64,000 nt of DNA, from contig CAWJKZ010000017.1 of assembly GCA_963843575.1 (NCBI GenBank), forward strand, positions 96,001-160,000, in the 5' to 3' direction. The position numbers were made by a program, and so were the translations under genes. The stretch's first letter is position 1. Each line of letters starts with the position of its first letter. This document shows positions 21,710 through 34,550 of this stretch, one piece after another. A model generated the notes under the pieces. It was not told the DNA's origin. It ran no database searches and was given only the letters and a program-made list of their open reading frames with translations. The stretch is from an uncultured Acidobacteriota bacterium. GTDB lineage: Bacteria; Acidobacteriota; UBA6911.

Positions 21710-22730
21710 CTAGCCCTGGGGCTTGAGGGTGGCCTTGACCGTGGCGAGGAAACCGCGCACCGAGCTGAACGTATCGTTCACCGCGCTCGCTTCGTAGCCG
21801 CTGTGCACCATGCAGTCGGCGCACTTGGGGTTCCCGGATTCAACGCCGTACTTCCCCCACTCCGTCGCCTCCATCAGCTCGATCGAAGGTCTCCGCATAG
21901 CCGTCCTGCAGCAGGTAGCACGGCTTCTGCCAGCCGAAGATGTTGTAGGTGGGCATGCCCCACGGCGTGCACTCGTAGTCGCGCAGGCCCATGAGGAACT
22001 CGAGGAAGAGCGGGCTCTGGTTGAAATGCCAGCGTCGTTTGCGGTGGCTCAGCAGCTTCCGGAACAGTTCCCGGGTGGCGGATCGGCCGAGGAAGTGATC
22101 CCGGTCGGGCGCCTTGTCGTAGCTGTAGCCCGGGGAGAGCATCATCCCCTCGACACCGAGGTCCATCATCTCGTCGAAGAAGTCGCGCACGCTCTCGGGG
22201 TTAGCACCGTCAAAGAGCGTCGTGTTGGTCGTGACACGGAACCCCAGGCGTACAGCTTCGCGAATCCCCGCGACGGCGAGGTCGTAGACGCCCTCCCGGC
22301 ACACCGCGACGTCGTGCTCCTCGCGCTGCCCGTCCATGTGGACGCTGAAGGTCAGGTACTTGCTCGGGCGTGAAAAGGTCGATCGAGCTCCTTCAGCAGG
22401 AGGGCGTTGGTGCACAGGTAGACGTACTTTGCGGCGCTGCACGAGGCCGGCTACGATCTCGTCGATCTGCGGGTGCAGGAGCGGCTCGCCCCCGGGTATG
22501 CTCACCACCGGGGCACCGCACTCATCGACGGCCCGGAAACACTGCTCGGGAGTGAGCTGCTTCCGGAGGACGTGGGTCGGATACTGGATCTTTCCGCAGC
22601 CCGCGCACGCGAGGTTGCACCGGAAGAGCGGCTCGAGCATCAGGACGAGGGGGTACCGTCTCCGGCCCGACAATTTCTGCCGCAGCACGTAGCTTGCCAC
22701 GGTCCACATCTGTGAGATCGGCACACCCAT
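21710..22730 (-). CDS. hpnH: Adenosyl-hopene transferase (radical SAM; frameshifted)
   Basis: YPLVLMLEPLFRCNLACAGCGKIQYP, GGEPL, CTPWG, WQKPCYLL, KCADCMVHSGYE. Confidence 0.92.
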
Positions 22731-22793
22731 GGCGGATATCGTACCATGTCGACGGACAGCGCGGGACACGCCGTCCGGGGGCTGTCGGGGAGT

Positions 22794-23362
22794 CTAGCCT
22801 GCGCGCTCCAGGAGGGTCTCGAGCACGATGTCGCTCATCGCCTTGCGGGTACCGCTCTCCGCTGGGGGAGTCCGGCCGAACGGCAGTATCCCAGGTTGGC
22901 GACCGCGAGTTTCATGTTGATGTAATCGAGCGGGAGCAGGAAGTGCGCGTCCAGTTCGCCATAAGCTCCCGGGGAGGAGAAATTCACAGGGCAGAAATCT
23001 ACGGCGTCGGTCCCGTCCTCGGTCTTGATCAGCAGCGGCAACCCCTGGGTGCGGCATATGATGGGGCGCATCGGGTAGATCGAGCAGCAATCGTGCACGA
23101 GCAGCGGGCAATGGTGGCGCTGGCCCAACGCCTTGCGCGCCTGAACCTCCTCGGCCTGTGCGACGACGAGGGAACGGACTTCCGAAGGGAGATCCAGGAA
23201 TGCCGCGCGGACCGAGGCCGCCTCGATGCTGAAGACGGTCAGGTCGTGACGGCAGCACGAGGTGCAACCCGGCTTGCATTCGAGGTGCGCACCGTAGCGG
23301 GCGGCCAACTCGAGCGCGATGCGGTCGACCTCCGCAAGAAGACCTCTGTAATGGGCGAGCAT
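22794..23362 (-). CDS. YkgJ/FliB-like cysteine-cluster protein (C-terminal frameshift)
   Basis: CKPGCTSCC ... CPLL ... CSIYPMRPIICR; probable C-terminus AMSDIVLETLLERAG in another frame. Confidence 0.8.
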
Positions 23363-23407
23363 GCGGAAAGTTTACCGTCTTTCTGCGTATCTACAAGGAT
23401 GTAAATG

Positions 23408-25671
23408 CTAGCGACGCTTGTTGAATTTGGTGAGCAGGTCCTGGACCGTCGGGGTGGTCGCCCGAGGACCGGCTGGCTTCTCTTTCTTCCCCTGCTCCTT
23501 CGGCGGCCGCGGTGAACGCATCGACAGCGCAATCCGCTTCAGCGGTTCGTTGACCTCGAGCACCCGCACCTTGACGATCTGGCCCACCTTCACCACCGTC
23601 TTGGGATCGTCGACGAAGCGGTCGGCAAGCTGCGAGACGTGCACCAGCCCGTCCTGGTGCACCCCGATATCGACGAAGGCTCCGAAGTTGGCGACGTTGG
23701 TCACCACGCCCTCCAGGACCATGCCCGGGACGAGGTCCTTGATTTCCTTTACCCCTTCCTTGAACTCCGCGTAGCGGAACTCCGCGCGCGGATCTCGCCC
23801 CGGCTTCTCGAGTTCCGCCAGGATGTCGCGCAGGGTCGGCTCGCCGGCCTCGGGCGTGACGTACTTTCGGAAGATCGAGCGACTTCAGCTTGTCGGCGCT
23901 GCGGGTGATCGCCTCGGGCGGCAGGCTCAGGTCGCGCGCCATTGTCTCCACGATCGGGTAGCTCTCCGGGTGAACGGCCGTGTTGTCCAGCGGGTTGTCG
24001 CCGTCGCGGATCCGGAGAAAACCGGCGGCCTGCTCGAATGTCTTGGGGCCGAACTTCGGCACCTCCATCAGGCCGCGCCGGGTGCGGAAAGCCCCGTGCT
24101 CGTTGCGGAAGGCGACCACGTTGCGCGCGACGCCGGCCGAGACGCCGGACACGAAGGCCAGCAGCTCCTTGGACGCAAGGTTGAGGTCGACGCCGACGTA
24201 GTTGACGCAGCTCTCGACGGTCTCGTCCAGCTTCTCGCGCAGCAGCTTCTGGTCCACGTCGTGCTGGTACTGCCCTACCCCGATCGACTTGGGATCGATT
24301 TTCACCAGCTCGGCAAGCGGATCCTGAAGCCGGCGCGCGATGCTGATCGCGCCGCGCACGGTCACGTCCAGTTCGGGGAACTCCTCGATCGCGGTCTGCG
24401 CCCGCCGAGTACACCGACGCGCCCGCCTCGCTGACCATCACCTTAACGGGCTTGCGCGGCAGACTCGACGAGCGCTCCGGCGACGAATTCGTCCGTTTCG
24501 CGCCCGGCCGTGCCGTTGCCGATCGCGATCAGCTCGATCCGGTGCTTCTCGACCATCCGCCGGAGAGTCGCGGCCGCCTGCGCGCGTTCCGCCTCCGATT
24601 TGTGCGGATGAATGGTTTCATGCTCGAGGAACTTGCCGGTCCGGTCGATGGCGGCGACCTTGCACCCGGTGCGGAAGCCCGGGTCGATCCCGAGTGTCGG
24701 CTTCATGCCGGCCGGGCTGGCCAGCAGCAGGTTGCGCAGGTTGGCTTCGAAGGTCTTGATCGATTCCCGGTCGGAATACGACCTTCTTCTCGAGACGCAC
24801 TTCGCCCACGATCGCGTTTTTCAGCAGCCGATCGAAGGCATCGGCGAGCATCGCGCGGTAAAACTCGACCAGGTTTCCCGCCCGGGTGCGGATCTCCGCC
24901 GCCTCCAGGTAGGAGAGGACCGGCGGCCTCGTCGAACGTCAACGTGAGCGATAACGATCCCCTCGGCCTCGCCGCGGCGCAGCGCGAGCATGCTGTGCGG
25001 GGCGATGTCTTTGACCCTGGCCTTGAAGTCGCGGTACATCTCGAACTTCGTGGTGCCCGGCGCGTGATCCTCCTTGATGCGCGAGACGAACCAGCCCTCG
25101 TTCAGCAAGAACTCCCGCAGATGCCGCCGGATTTCGGCCTTTTCCGAAACTTCCTCGGCAAGGATGTCGGAGGCGCCCTGCAGCGCCTCCTCGGTGGTGG
25201 CGACGCCTGCTCCTCCGAGACGTACTTCGCGGCTCTCGCCGTCGAGGTCGCAGAGGCGCATGCCCCAGCGGCGTTGTGGACGGCGATCAACCGCGCCAGC
25301 GGCTCGAGCCCCTTTTCGCGCGCAACCGTGGCCCGCGTCCTCTTCTTCGGCTTGATAGGGGAGGTAAAGGTCTTCGAGCTCCGACTTTTGCAGACACGCA
25401 CTCGATGGCGGCCTTCAGCTCGTCGGTCAGTTTTCCCTGCTCGGCGATGGACTGGAGGACGGCCTTCTTGCGCTCCTCGAGCTCCGTCAGATAGGAAAAC
25501 CGTCTCAAGCACCGAGCGCAGCTCGATCTCGTTCATCTCGCCGGTCCGTTCCTTCCGGTAGCGGGCGACGAAGGGGACCGTGGCTCCTTCGGCAAACAAC
25601 TCCAGCGCGCACCGGACGTTCGTCTCGTCCAGCGAGAGTTCACGGGCGACGAATTTCGGTATGTCGAGCAT
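23408..25671 (-). CDS. tex: Tex RNA-binding transcription accessory protein (multiply frameshifted)
   Basis: [59 protein letters not shown], and a C-terminal S1 domain. Confidence 0.92.
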
Positions 25672-25702
25672 AAGTCCGTAAATCTAGCACAGGGGGGAAT
25701 CG

Positions 25703-26726
25703 CTAGCCCTTCTCCGACTCCCGTTCGGAGAGGCGGGTCATCCTGCCCAGGGTCAGTCCTTCATAGTTCAGGAACACCAACCCGAGGAGTATCGCCGGCA
25801 GCATCGACGCCAGATAGGTGCCGTTGCTTATCCCGGCGGCCTGTGATTGCGGATCCTGCGGGGAAAGGTACTGGGCAAACAGGTGGACGAGCGCGAGGTT
25901 CATGAAAAACTGGAATCCTCCCACGCCTGCCGGGGTTGGGATCGCCACCCCCACCACGGTCAGGACCATCAGGACCAGCGTGCCCGCATAGGGGAAACCG
26001 TCGATGTAGGCGCGGGTGAAAAACCAGAGCTGGGTCACGATCGACATCCAGATGGCGAGGGACAGCATCGCCGCCTTGAACGCACCCCCGCGGCTCATGA
26101 GGCCCCGAAAACCCTCCAGGAAAGGGAGCAGGTGCCGGCGGATCTTCCACGGGATCCGGTCAAACGTCCGCGGCGTACGCAAAACGAACACGAGCACCGC
26201 GCACAGGAGACAGACCACGACGAAACTCTTGATCGAATAGTCCTGGATACGGAGGAGGATGTCGCGGCCCCGCTCCGAAGCGGGGGTGTACAGGGCGCCG
26301 AACAGGACGACGTACACGCCAAACAGGACAACCACCGTCAGCAGGTCCAGGACCCGCTCCAACAACGACGCCGCGAGCACCGAGGCGGTCGGCATCCCTT
26401 CCTTCCGGGCGAGCACCACCGAGGCGGCGACCTCGCCAGTGCGTGGCGGGATGACGTTGACGACGTACTTGACGACGGTCAGGGAAAAGAGGTTGCGGAA
26501 TGGAGATCGAGCACTTCACCGGGGCCAGCAACACACCCCAGCGCACCGCCCGCAGCGCCATGTGGACCACCACAAACGCCACGCCCGCCAGCAGCATCAG
26601 GGGCCGGCCCCGGACCATCACCCGCGTCGCCTGTCCCCAGTCCGGAACGCCACGGTAAACGAGGTAACCGATCAGAAGGGTTAAAAACAGGCTGACGCCG
26701 ACTTGGGCGGCCTTCTTCATGAGCAT
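25703..26726 (-). CDS. Lysylphosphatidylglycerol-synthase TM / flippase-like domain protein (frameshifted)
   Basis: LRAVRW, ERVLD, PTPAGVGGF and multiple TM segments. Confidence 0.8.
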
Positions 26727-26797
26727 GGGGGTTGAGTATAGCCGATGTCCGGCTTTTGTACTAAGCTGTCGCCGTCCCTGTCGCCCGAGGTAGAACC

Positions 26798-27856
26798 ATG
26801 CCGTGGTCTGTCGCCGTCATCCTGGTCCTTGCGCTTATGAAACCACCCGCGAACTACACCGCTGAGAGAATTCAGGTCGACGGCACCGGCGTCGTCCGGC
26901 TGGCCGACGCCGTCCGCAAGACCGAGGTTTTCATCATCCCGTCGCTTGGCAACAACGCCTATGCGATGCTGGTGAACGGGAGAAACTTCTTGTGGTCCCC
27001 CTACCCGACCCTGGCGGAGTTCAAACAAAAGCCGGTGCAACTCGGCAATCCGCTCCTGTCCCCCTGGGCGAACCGGATCGAGGGGCCAGCCTACTGGGCC
27101 AACGGCAGGCGCTACGCGCTCAACGCCGAGCTGAAGAACTTCCGCAGCGACGCCAACGGGAAGCCGATTCACGGCCTGCTGGTCTTTTCCGACAAGTGGG
27201 TGGTCACGGCCGTCAAGGCAGACGGTTCGGCTGCGAGCGTCACCTCGCGCCTCGAGTTCTGGCGCTACCCCGATCTCATGGCCCAATTCCCGTTCGCCTA
27301 CAACATCGAGATGACCTACCGTCTCGCTGACGGCGTACTCGAGGTGCAGACCGCGATCGAGAACCTGTCGTCCGAGCCGATGCCGCTCTCCCTGGGATAC
27401 CACACGTACTACCGGCTGGACGACTCGCCCCGCGACGACTGGACAGTCCACGTCGGCGCCCGGGAAGAGGTGTTGATGTCGGAGGCGCTGGTGCCGAACG
27501 GCAAGACCAGGCCGGTCAGCCTGGCAGACCCGTACCCGCTGCGCAACTCGTCGATCGACAACGGCTTCACCAACCTGGTGCGCGACGCCTCCGGCCGGGC
27601 CGAGTTCTGGGTCGCGGGACGAAGCCAGAGACTGCGGGTGCAGTTCGGGCCGAAATACGACGTCGGCATCGTGTACGCGCCGCCCGGGCGCGACTTCATT
27701 TGTTTCGAGCCCATGGTCGGGGTCACGAACGTCTTCAATCTCGCCCACGCCGGTCTCTACCCTGGGCTGCAAACCATCCCCCCCGGCGCCCGCTGGCAGG
27801 AAAGCTTCTGGGTAATTCCGGGGACGGACCAAGGCAACTCAAATAATCAGAAATAG
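26798..27856 (+). CDS. Aldose 1-epimerase family protein
   Basis: PWANRI, IHG, GYHTYY, FICFEP. Confidence 0.85.
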   Translation: MPWSVAVILVLALMKPPANYTAERIQVDGTGVVRLADAVRKTEVFIIPSLGNNAYAMLVNGRNFLWSPYPTLAEFKQKPVQLGNPLLSPWANRIEGPAYWANGRRYALNAELKNFRSDANGKPIHGLLVFSDKWVVTAVKADGSAASVTSRLEFWRYPDLMAQFPFAYNIEMTYRLADGVLEVQTAIENLSSEPMPLSLGYHTYYRLDDSPRDDWTVHVGAREEVLMSEALVPNGKTRPVSLADPYPLRNSSIDNGFTNLVRDASGRAEFWVAGRSQRLRVQFGPKYDVGIVYAPPGRDFICFEPMVGVTNVFNLAHAGLYPGLQTIPPGARWQESFWVIPGTDQGNSNNQK

Positions 27857-27994
27857 ATGCAGCAAAAATGCCTTAAAAACCGGCTTATTTCCGATTTTAG
27901 GGGCTCTTTTTCTCAAATAGCGACGATTCCGGAGTATCCCCCCCACAGCCGCGTTCCCCGGTGACTATTCGAGCGCACGTTCCGCGGCCGAGGC

Positions 27995-29702
27995 TCATGG
28001 CGTAGAGCGCGGCGAGACTCTCCGCCTGGTCGCCTGTTCAAAGGCGTAGGCCAGTTGGATCAGCCGGGGTTCGCTGCAGGCCAAGCCGGTGAAGCTCACG
28101 CCGAAGGGCGCCGGCGCCGGATTGAATCCAGCGGGAAATGGAAGCGTCGGCTCATTCGGCACCAGTCCGAAAGGCACGATCACCGTCGGATATCCGGGCT
28201 TGGCCGCGATCGAAGCCCCGGAGGCACCCGGAAAGAGCAGTGCGTCCAGCCTGTGTTGCCTCATGACGGCGTCGATTCCGTTTGTTGCGCTCACGAGCAG
28301 GTCCCTGGCCCGGTCGGCGTGGTAGCGGGCCTGATCCGCTTCAATCTCCATTCCGTCGGAGATGTCCAGCTGGGCCTGACCGTACTTTATCGCGCCGGCT
28401 CTCTGGTGGGCGACGTTCCACTGCCTCAGCTCCGTGAGCGTCTTGACCGGGGCCGCCGCGCCGAGCGACGCCAGCCAGGCGTTGAAGTCCCGCTTCATGC
28501 CGTACTTGAACACGATCGAACAGTCGGCGTCCTGGCCCTTGGCGCTGTCAAGTCCCGAGCAGGTCGGCCACAACAGGAAATTGTCCTTCGGGTCGGCGGA
28601 GACGATGCTGGGGATATCTGCGGGGTCGACGATGACGGCGCCCTGTTGCCTGAGGATTCGCCATCGCTTCGGCCATGACCTTCGCCTGGTCGGGGTTGAG
28701 ACCTCCCCGCGGGCGCTTGGCTCCGGGAGGGGTCGTTTCCTCGTAGTAGAACGCCCTGGGGATGCCGATGCGCGCCCCTTTCAACGCGTCGGCCTTCAGG
28801 AACCGCGTATAGTCGCGACCCTCGGGCGGCGTGCAGGCTCGGGTCGCCGGATCGTCGGGGTCCGGCGCCGCGCCCTCGAGCGCACCCAGCAGGATCGCGG
28901 CATCGGTCACGGTCCTGGCCATCGGCCCCGGTGTGTCCTGGTCCGCGGTGATGGGAATCACGCCTCGGCGGCTGATGCGGCCGACCGTCGGCTTGATGCC
29001 GACGAGCATGTTCTGGTTGGCGGGGCTGAGGATGGAACCGGAGGTCTCGGTCCCGACGTTCGCCGCCCAGAAGCTCGCGGCCGTGCCGATCCCCGAACTC
29101 GAGCCGCCCGTCCCCAGCGCCGGCCGACCGTCGAAGGTCGCCGGCCGCGGATCCCGCCGGGGATCGTATGGATTCATGCCGTAGCCTTTTATGGCGTTGT
29201 AGTTGCCCGGCATGGCCTCGGCCACCCAGTTCGCCAGTTCGGTCATGCCGGTTTTGGCGATGATAATGGCACCCGCCTCGCGCAGGTTCCGTGTCAAGGT
29301 GGCTTCGTAGGGGGGCACCAGGCCGTCGAAGGCCAGCGCCCCGCCGGTGGTCGGCATGTCGCTTGTGTGGATGTTGTCCTTCAGCGCCACCGGGATGCCG
29401 TGCAGCGGTCCACGCATCTTTCCCCGATCCCGTTCCCGATCCAGGGCGAGCGCCTCGTCCAGGGCTTTCGGATTGACCGTGATGGCCGCGTTCAGCTTGT
29501 CTTCATACAAAGCGATCCGGGCGAGGTATTGCAGGACGATTTCCCGCGACGTGGCGCGGTGCTGCTCCATCGCCGCCCGCAGTTCGGGAATGGTTGCTTC
29601 CACCACGTTCAGATGTGCTTCTCGATCCGGTCCGGACGGAGTCTGTGCAGGGACTGCAATCGCCGTCATGGCCACAACCCAAATCAGTTTCTTCATGTTC
29701 AT
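27995..29702 (-). CDS. Amidase-signature family enzyme (secreted; frameshifted near 28650)
   Basis: GPLHGIPVALKD, GGSSSG, GTETSGSILSP, AYAFEQAT. Confidence 0.9.
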
Positions 29703-29846
29703 ATGTGAGGACCTGCGGAAGCTCGTTGGCGTAAGTGCCTCAGGGCCCGTTTCGGCGGCTTCGCGCGTTCTCGCCGATGTTTTGAGGAAACGGCCCCAAA
29801 GGGACGAAACAAGACCCTTTTTGCGGCGCGACAGTGCGCAAAACTA

Positions 29847-30951
29847 CTAGTCATCCAGTTTCCTCAGCGCGGTACGTCCCCGCGGAGGTCCCGGAAGAGC
29901 TCTTTGAAGCAGAGGGCGGCTTCGACGGCGTTGGCTTTGGCGGAGGGGTCGCCGAAATAGGCCTTGAGGAAGGGGCCCATGCCGCACCACGTGGTCTGCA
30001 CCATCCCCAGGGCGCGTGCCCCGACCGCGGCCGGCGCGTGCTTGCGGGCGTGGCGCACCAGGTCGAGCTGCGCCAGCGCGGCACCAGGCTTGCGCCAGGG
30101 GGAGGCGACCACGGGAAAGCCTTCGAGGGCGAAATAGAGCGGCGTCGGGGGCGCGCCCTCGTAGTGCCAGTCGCAGATCACGATGTCCTTCGGGACCTGG
30201 CGAGCGCCGGCGGCGGTCCCGTTCTGGCTGGCCTCCCATTTCCCGAGCCCGGTGACCTCTCCGTCCAGGAAGCGATCGCCCCACATCCACGTCGTCCGGC
30301 CTCTATTGCGCGAGGTGGTCGTGCACGGCGGTGACTTCCCGGGCGAAGAGCTCCGCCTTGTTGCGTCCCCTTGCAGCGCGGGCAGTCGTCCTCGCCCAGG
30401 AGAAACACCTCGTCCATCCCGACGTGAAAGGCGTCGGCCTCGCACGCGCTCGGCCAGCTCGTCGATCGAGATCGAACACGACCTCGTGCACGTCCGGATG
30501 CAGCGGGCAGTAGCTGCGGCAGTAGATCCCTTCGTTCTGCGGGTATTTCCCCGGCGTCTCGTCGAACTCGGGGTGAGACCGCAGCAGCCCGAATGTCGTT
30601 TTTGGCCCAGGACTGGTGCCCCAGCAGGTTGATCATCGGGATGAGCTTCACTCCGGCGGCGCGGCACGCCGCCACGAGCGACTGGACCTCCTCGAGCGAG
30701 AGCGGGTCCGGGTCGACGACCTCCGGGCGTTTGGCGAAGCGGTAGCCGTAGTTGAATTCCAGGATGAGCGTGTTTACGCCTTCCTTGGGCAGCGCCTCGC
30801 GGATGAACTTGAGGGTGTCGGGAATGTCGGCTGGCTTCGGCGCGGCCAGGTGGAGCCCGCGGACCGGGATAACCGGCGAGACCGCACCGAAACCGGCGGC
30901 GCCGAGCAGGGCCAGAACTGCAGCTACGACACGAATGCACCGAGACGTCAT
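29847..30951 (-). CDS. GH20-like glycoside hydrolase (frameshifted)
   Basis: Signal peptide, VRGLHL, LIPMINLLGH, FHVGMDEV, MWGDR, DWHY. Confidence 0.75.
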
Positions 30952-30984
30952 GACCGCCTCCCCCTTTTCGTCATCCGGATCCTG

Positions 30985-33900
30985 TCACCTGCCGTTCTGC
31001 ACGGCACGCACTTCGGAGCGCACGGCGCCCGGGAGCAGCGGAATCTCCCAACCTGACCGCGGGGCGCCCGCGTCCCGGCTCAGCCGCCGCTCGCCGACCA
31101 GTTTGCCGGCGGCGTCGTATCCGCGGAGCGAGACCTGCGCCGCCGCGGCGATCCGTGCCATGAGGGTGCGCACGTCGCGACCGCCGAAGACGCCCTTGGG
31201 CGCCGACAGGACCAGCCGGTCGCCGGCGTCAACCGCGACGATCGAGAGGCCATTCTCCCCTTCGGCGGCCCGCACCGCCACGCTGCCGGCGCTCCCGAGA
31301 CCGTCGAAATCGCGCGGCGTGCCGCGACCGTCCACGAAGACGCAGTCGGGGGAGGCGAGCCGGTCGAAGCGCTTCCCGTCGTCTGCCAGCGCCGACGCGG
31401 TCACGAAGTCCCTCCCCTGGGCCGCCAGCCAACCGAAGGGCGGGAGCGTGTACTTGCGGCCTGCGTGCGCGACGGTCCAGGCCGTCTGCTCGTTCCCGTT
31501 CACCCAGACCTGCAGCCCGTTGGCGTACTTGAGATAGAGCCGGTTCTGCTTCCACGCACCCGTCCGCAAGGCCTCGGACGAGCCGGCCAGCCGGCTTCCC
31601 GTGCCGTAGCGGATCTCGGCCACCGGCTCCATCAGGTAGCGGCTCTGCAGCTGCTGGAGCATGTAGTACGACCGGCAGGTCTGGCGCATGCCGTGCGCCT
31701 CCTCGACGAGCCAGCCGATGTGGCCGTACGCGATGGTCGCCGCGAGGAACTGGTCGATGCTCCGGACGATGTTCTCCGGCTTCTGCCAGCCGTCCTTCCC
31801 GGTGAAAAACTGCGCGGTCCAGGGCACCCCGATGTCGACGGTCAGCGGGTGCATCTTGAGCAGGTCGAAGTGCGGCAGGTACGGGTACTGCCAGAGCCGC
31901 AGGTCGCTGTAGGTCAGGCCGTAGTTCCCGGTCGTCAACCCGGCGTAGAGCCACTGGTGGTGGCCCTCCGACCAGCAGTGCGCCGTCGTAGACGTCCTGG
32001 TCGTGGAGCAGGAGCTCGCCGTAGGCGTAGAACGTGGCGGCGAACGTCCCCGCGCCGGGGACGCGGGCGTCGTAGTCGCAGCGTTCCCACGGGCTGACGG
32101 ACGTGTGGACGTCCGTGTAGGCGGCATCGGAGCCGAACTTCCGCACGATGGCGGGCGCGAGCTTGCGGTCCATCTCGACGGCGAAGAGCGCCTTGGGCGA
32201 ATAGCACCTGGCCCAGGCGCGGATCAGCTCTCCCCGGGAGTCCCGCATCACCATGTCGGGGTCCCAGTACTCGTTGACCGGGGCGAAATCGCAGTAGTTG
32301 GTGTAGAGCCCCGAACGCCACCCGAGCGCCCGCTGCGCCGCGACATAGTCGCGCAGCGCCTCGTCGCCACCCCTCTGCGGCGCCGCAGCCGTGCGGAACG
32401 TGAAGCTTTCGCCCGAATCGCGCCAGGTGATCTCGTGGTTGCACTGGGTGAGCCGTTCGATGCCGTAGGCGCGCAGCCTGACCGAGCGTTCGCGTTCTTT
32501 CCCGTAGTCCTGCGGGCCCCACGTTTCCTGCCAGAGCCTCGTCCCCGCCTCCTTGCCGCGCCGGGCGGGCGGGTTCGGGATTGTTGGGAGCGTCTCCTCG
32601 AAGACGGGCGAGAAGGTCACGAAGGTGCGCTCGAAAAGCTCGTTGCGGCTCCCGTCGGTCTTCGGCAGGTAGCGCACCCCGCCGTTGAGCAGGACCGATC
32701 CCCCCTCGATCTTGTCGACTGCATAAGGTTCCGACGCGTTGGAGCGGTACCAGTCCATCCAGATGCCGGCGAAGAACGGCACCTTTCCGGTCGACATCAG
32801 GACGTTCAGGTGGTGTCCGCCATAGTTCAGGTACGGCAGGAGGATCAGTTCGGGGCCGTCGACGTCCCGGATCGAGCCGTAGGCTAGCTCCTGCGCCCCC
32901 TCGGGACAGAACGTGTCGAGCACCAGGGACTTCTGCCAGAGGCGCGCCGCCATTTCGACCCGCCGCTCGGCCCCGGCCACCCTGACCTTCCAGGCGCCGT
33001 GCACGACGCCCCCTTCTTCCCTGAACTCAAGCGGCTCGACGCCTTCGATGGCTGACCCGAAACGCGGCCCAGCGTCGACCCAGGCCGTCGCCACCTCTTT
33101 CCCGTGGAACCGGACCTTGATGTTCCTGAAGAACGCTTCGGGCCCGACCAGGTATTCGAGCTTCGCATCGGGCCCGGAGTAGCTCAGGGCGTACCGGTCG
33201 CCGGAACGGGCGACGCTCGTCTTGAAGCCGGCGACGAGGTTGCGCGGGAGTATGGTTTCCGGGCGCGTCGGGAAGGGGAGCCGCCCGGGTCCTGTGTTGG
33301 CGCCGGCGCTCTGACCCGGGAAGGGATCCACGCCGCGCTGCGGACGCGCCTGAAACGAGATGGGCCGGAGCTGCTCCTCGAAAAAAACCAGGTCTTCGAA
33401 GAAGAGCTCGCGAGGCTCCCGGTTCGCACACCCCTTGATCAGCAGCCCGGTAAAACTCACCGGTTTCTTTTCGAATAACCCCGCCGGGAGCAACCGGTGG
33501 ATGAGCCACCACTCTTTCCAGCGCACCTTCTCCAGCGGGAGCACGTGCAACTGCCCCGCCCCGTCGCTCAGCAGCAGCTCGAGCTCGACCCGTGGAGTCG
33601 CCGGGTCGTTTTCCCATTGCCAGTTGTTGCCATAGACCCAGAGCGTCACGGCGGAGCTGGGCTCCGGCACGGCAATCGGGCGAGGGGGAAGGATGCGGAC
33701 CTCACTCTCCACGGACGTGCCGCTATAGACCAGCCGTGCGACGCGCGAGTCCCAGACCCGCTCGCGCTGCGACTCGAGGAGGTCCGCTTCGGCACCGTTG
33801 CGCGCCTCCACAGACCACCCCTCCAGCGTGTCGAAACCGACCAGCGGCGGGTTCGGCCGCGTACGCCCCGCTCGCACGATCTCGTACGGACGTTGCCCCG

Positions 33901-34018
33901 CTGCCTCGCCCGAGGGGAGCGGCTGCGCTGGCTTTTGCACCACCGTCTGACCGCTCAGCAGGTATGCACCGATTGTGAGGACAAGCACGATCGCACTGCA
34001 GGCACCTGTTCGACTCAT
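30985..34018 (-). CDS. Large secreted hypothetical protein (~1010 aa), probable glycoside hydrolase (frameshift near 31980)
   Basis: Signal peptide MSRTGACSAIVLVL; beta-rich N-terminus; barrel-like core GLYTNYCD, AYTDVHT, WSEG; upstream of the GH20-like gene. Confidence 0.6.
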
Positions 34019-34465
34019 GGGGCCCTCCGGGTCCGGGGCGGTTTGTCTTCGAAGACCTTGACGGCGACGAGGGCCAGGATTTCGTCCACGTCGAAGGCCG
34101 TCCGGACGGCAAGCCGCACGGAGCGTCCCTCGACGTAGGGCCGGGCTGCTTCGATGGCGGGAATCGTGGCGAGTCGGAGCGCGGCAGCGCGCGCCCGTTG
34201 CACGGAGTTGTCCCCGATGCCGACCGCGGCCGTAGAAGGAGCCTTCTCCCGGCAGCAGGTAGACGAGCCTGCGCTTCTTCTGCTTCAGCCGGAGATTCCA
34301 ACAAGCTTTTGCACTGTAGCGTTTCCACTCGGCGGGGGCGGGCGGATAGCCGGCTGCCACGGAGCGGCAGAGTGCACTCCAGAGTTCGCCGGCGCCGCCC
34401 AGCGTGCACATGAGCCGGGCGGCATCCGGCGGGTTCTTCTCGTCGGAAAACACAGGCGAGGCCAT
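34015..34465 (-). CDS. DUF3788-like protein (frameshifted)
   Basis: EWKRYS..CWNLRLKQKKRRLVYLLP ... ARPYVEGRSVRLAV; RBS GGAGGT. Confidence 0.6.
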
Positions 34466-34550
34466 AGGGGGATGGACCTCCGGTACGATTGCCGCGAGTT
34501 CAGCCGGCGTGGCGCCGGACCACCCTATCCGCGGTGGCGCGTCGGCAGGA

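Noticed and set aside
23408-25671. Programmed frameshifting or pseudogene status for tex (also A2M, hpnH, cobW)
   Set aside because: Multiple scattered indels with no consistent slippery site fit sequencing error better.
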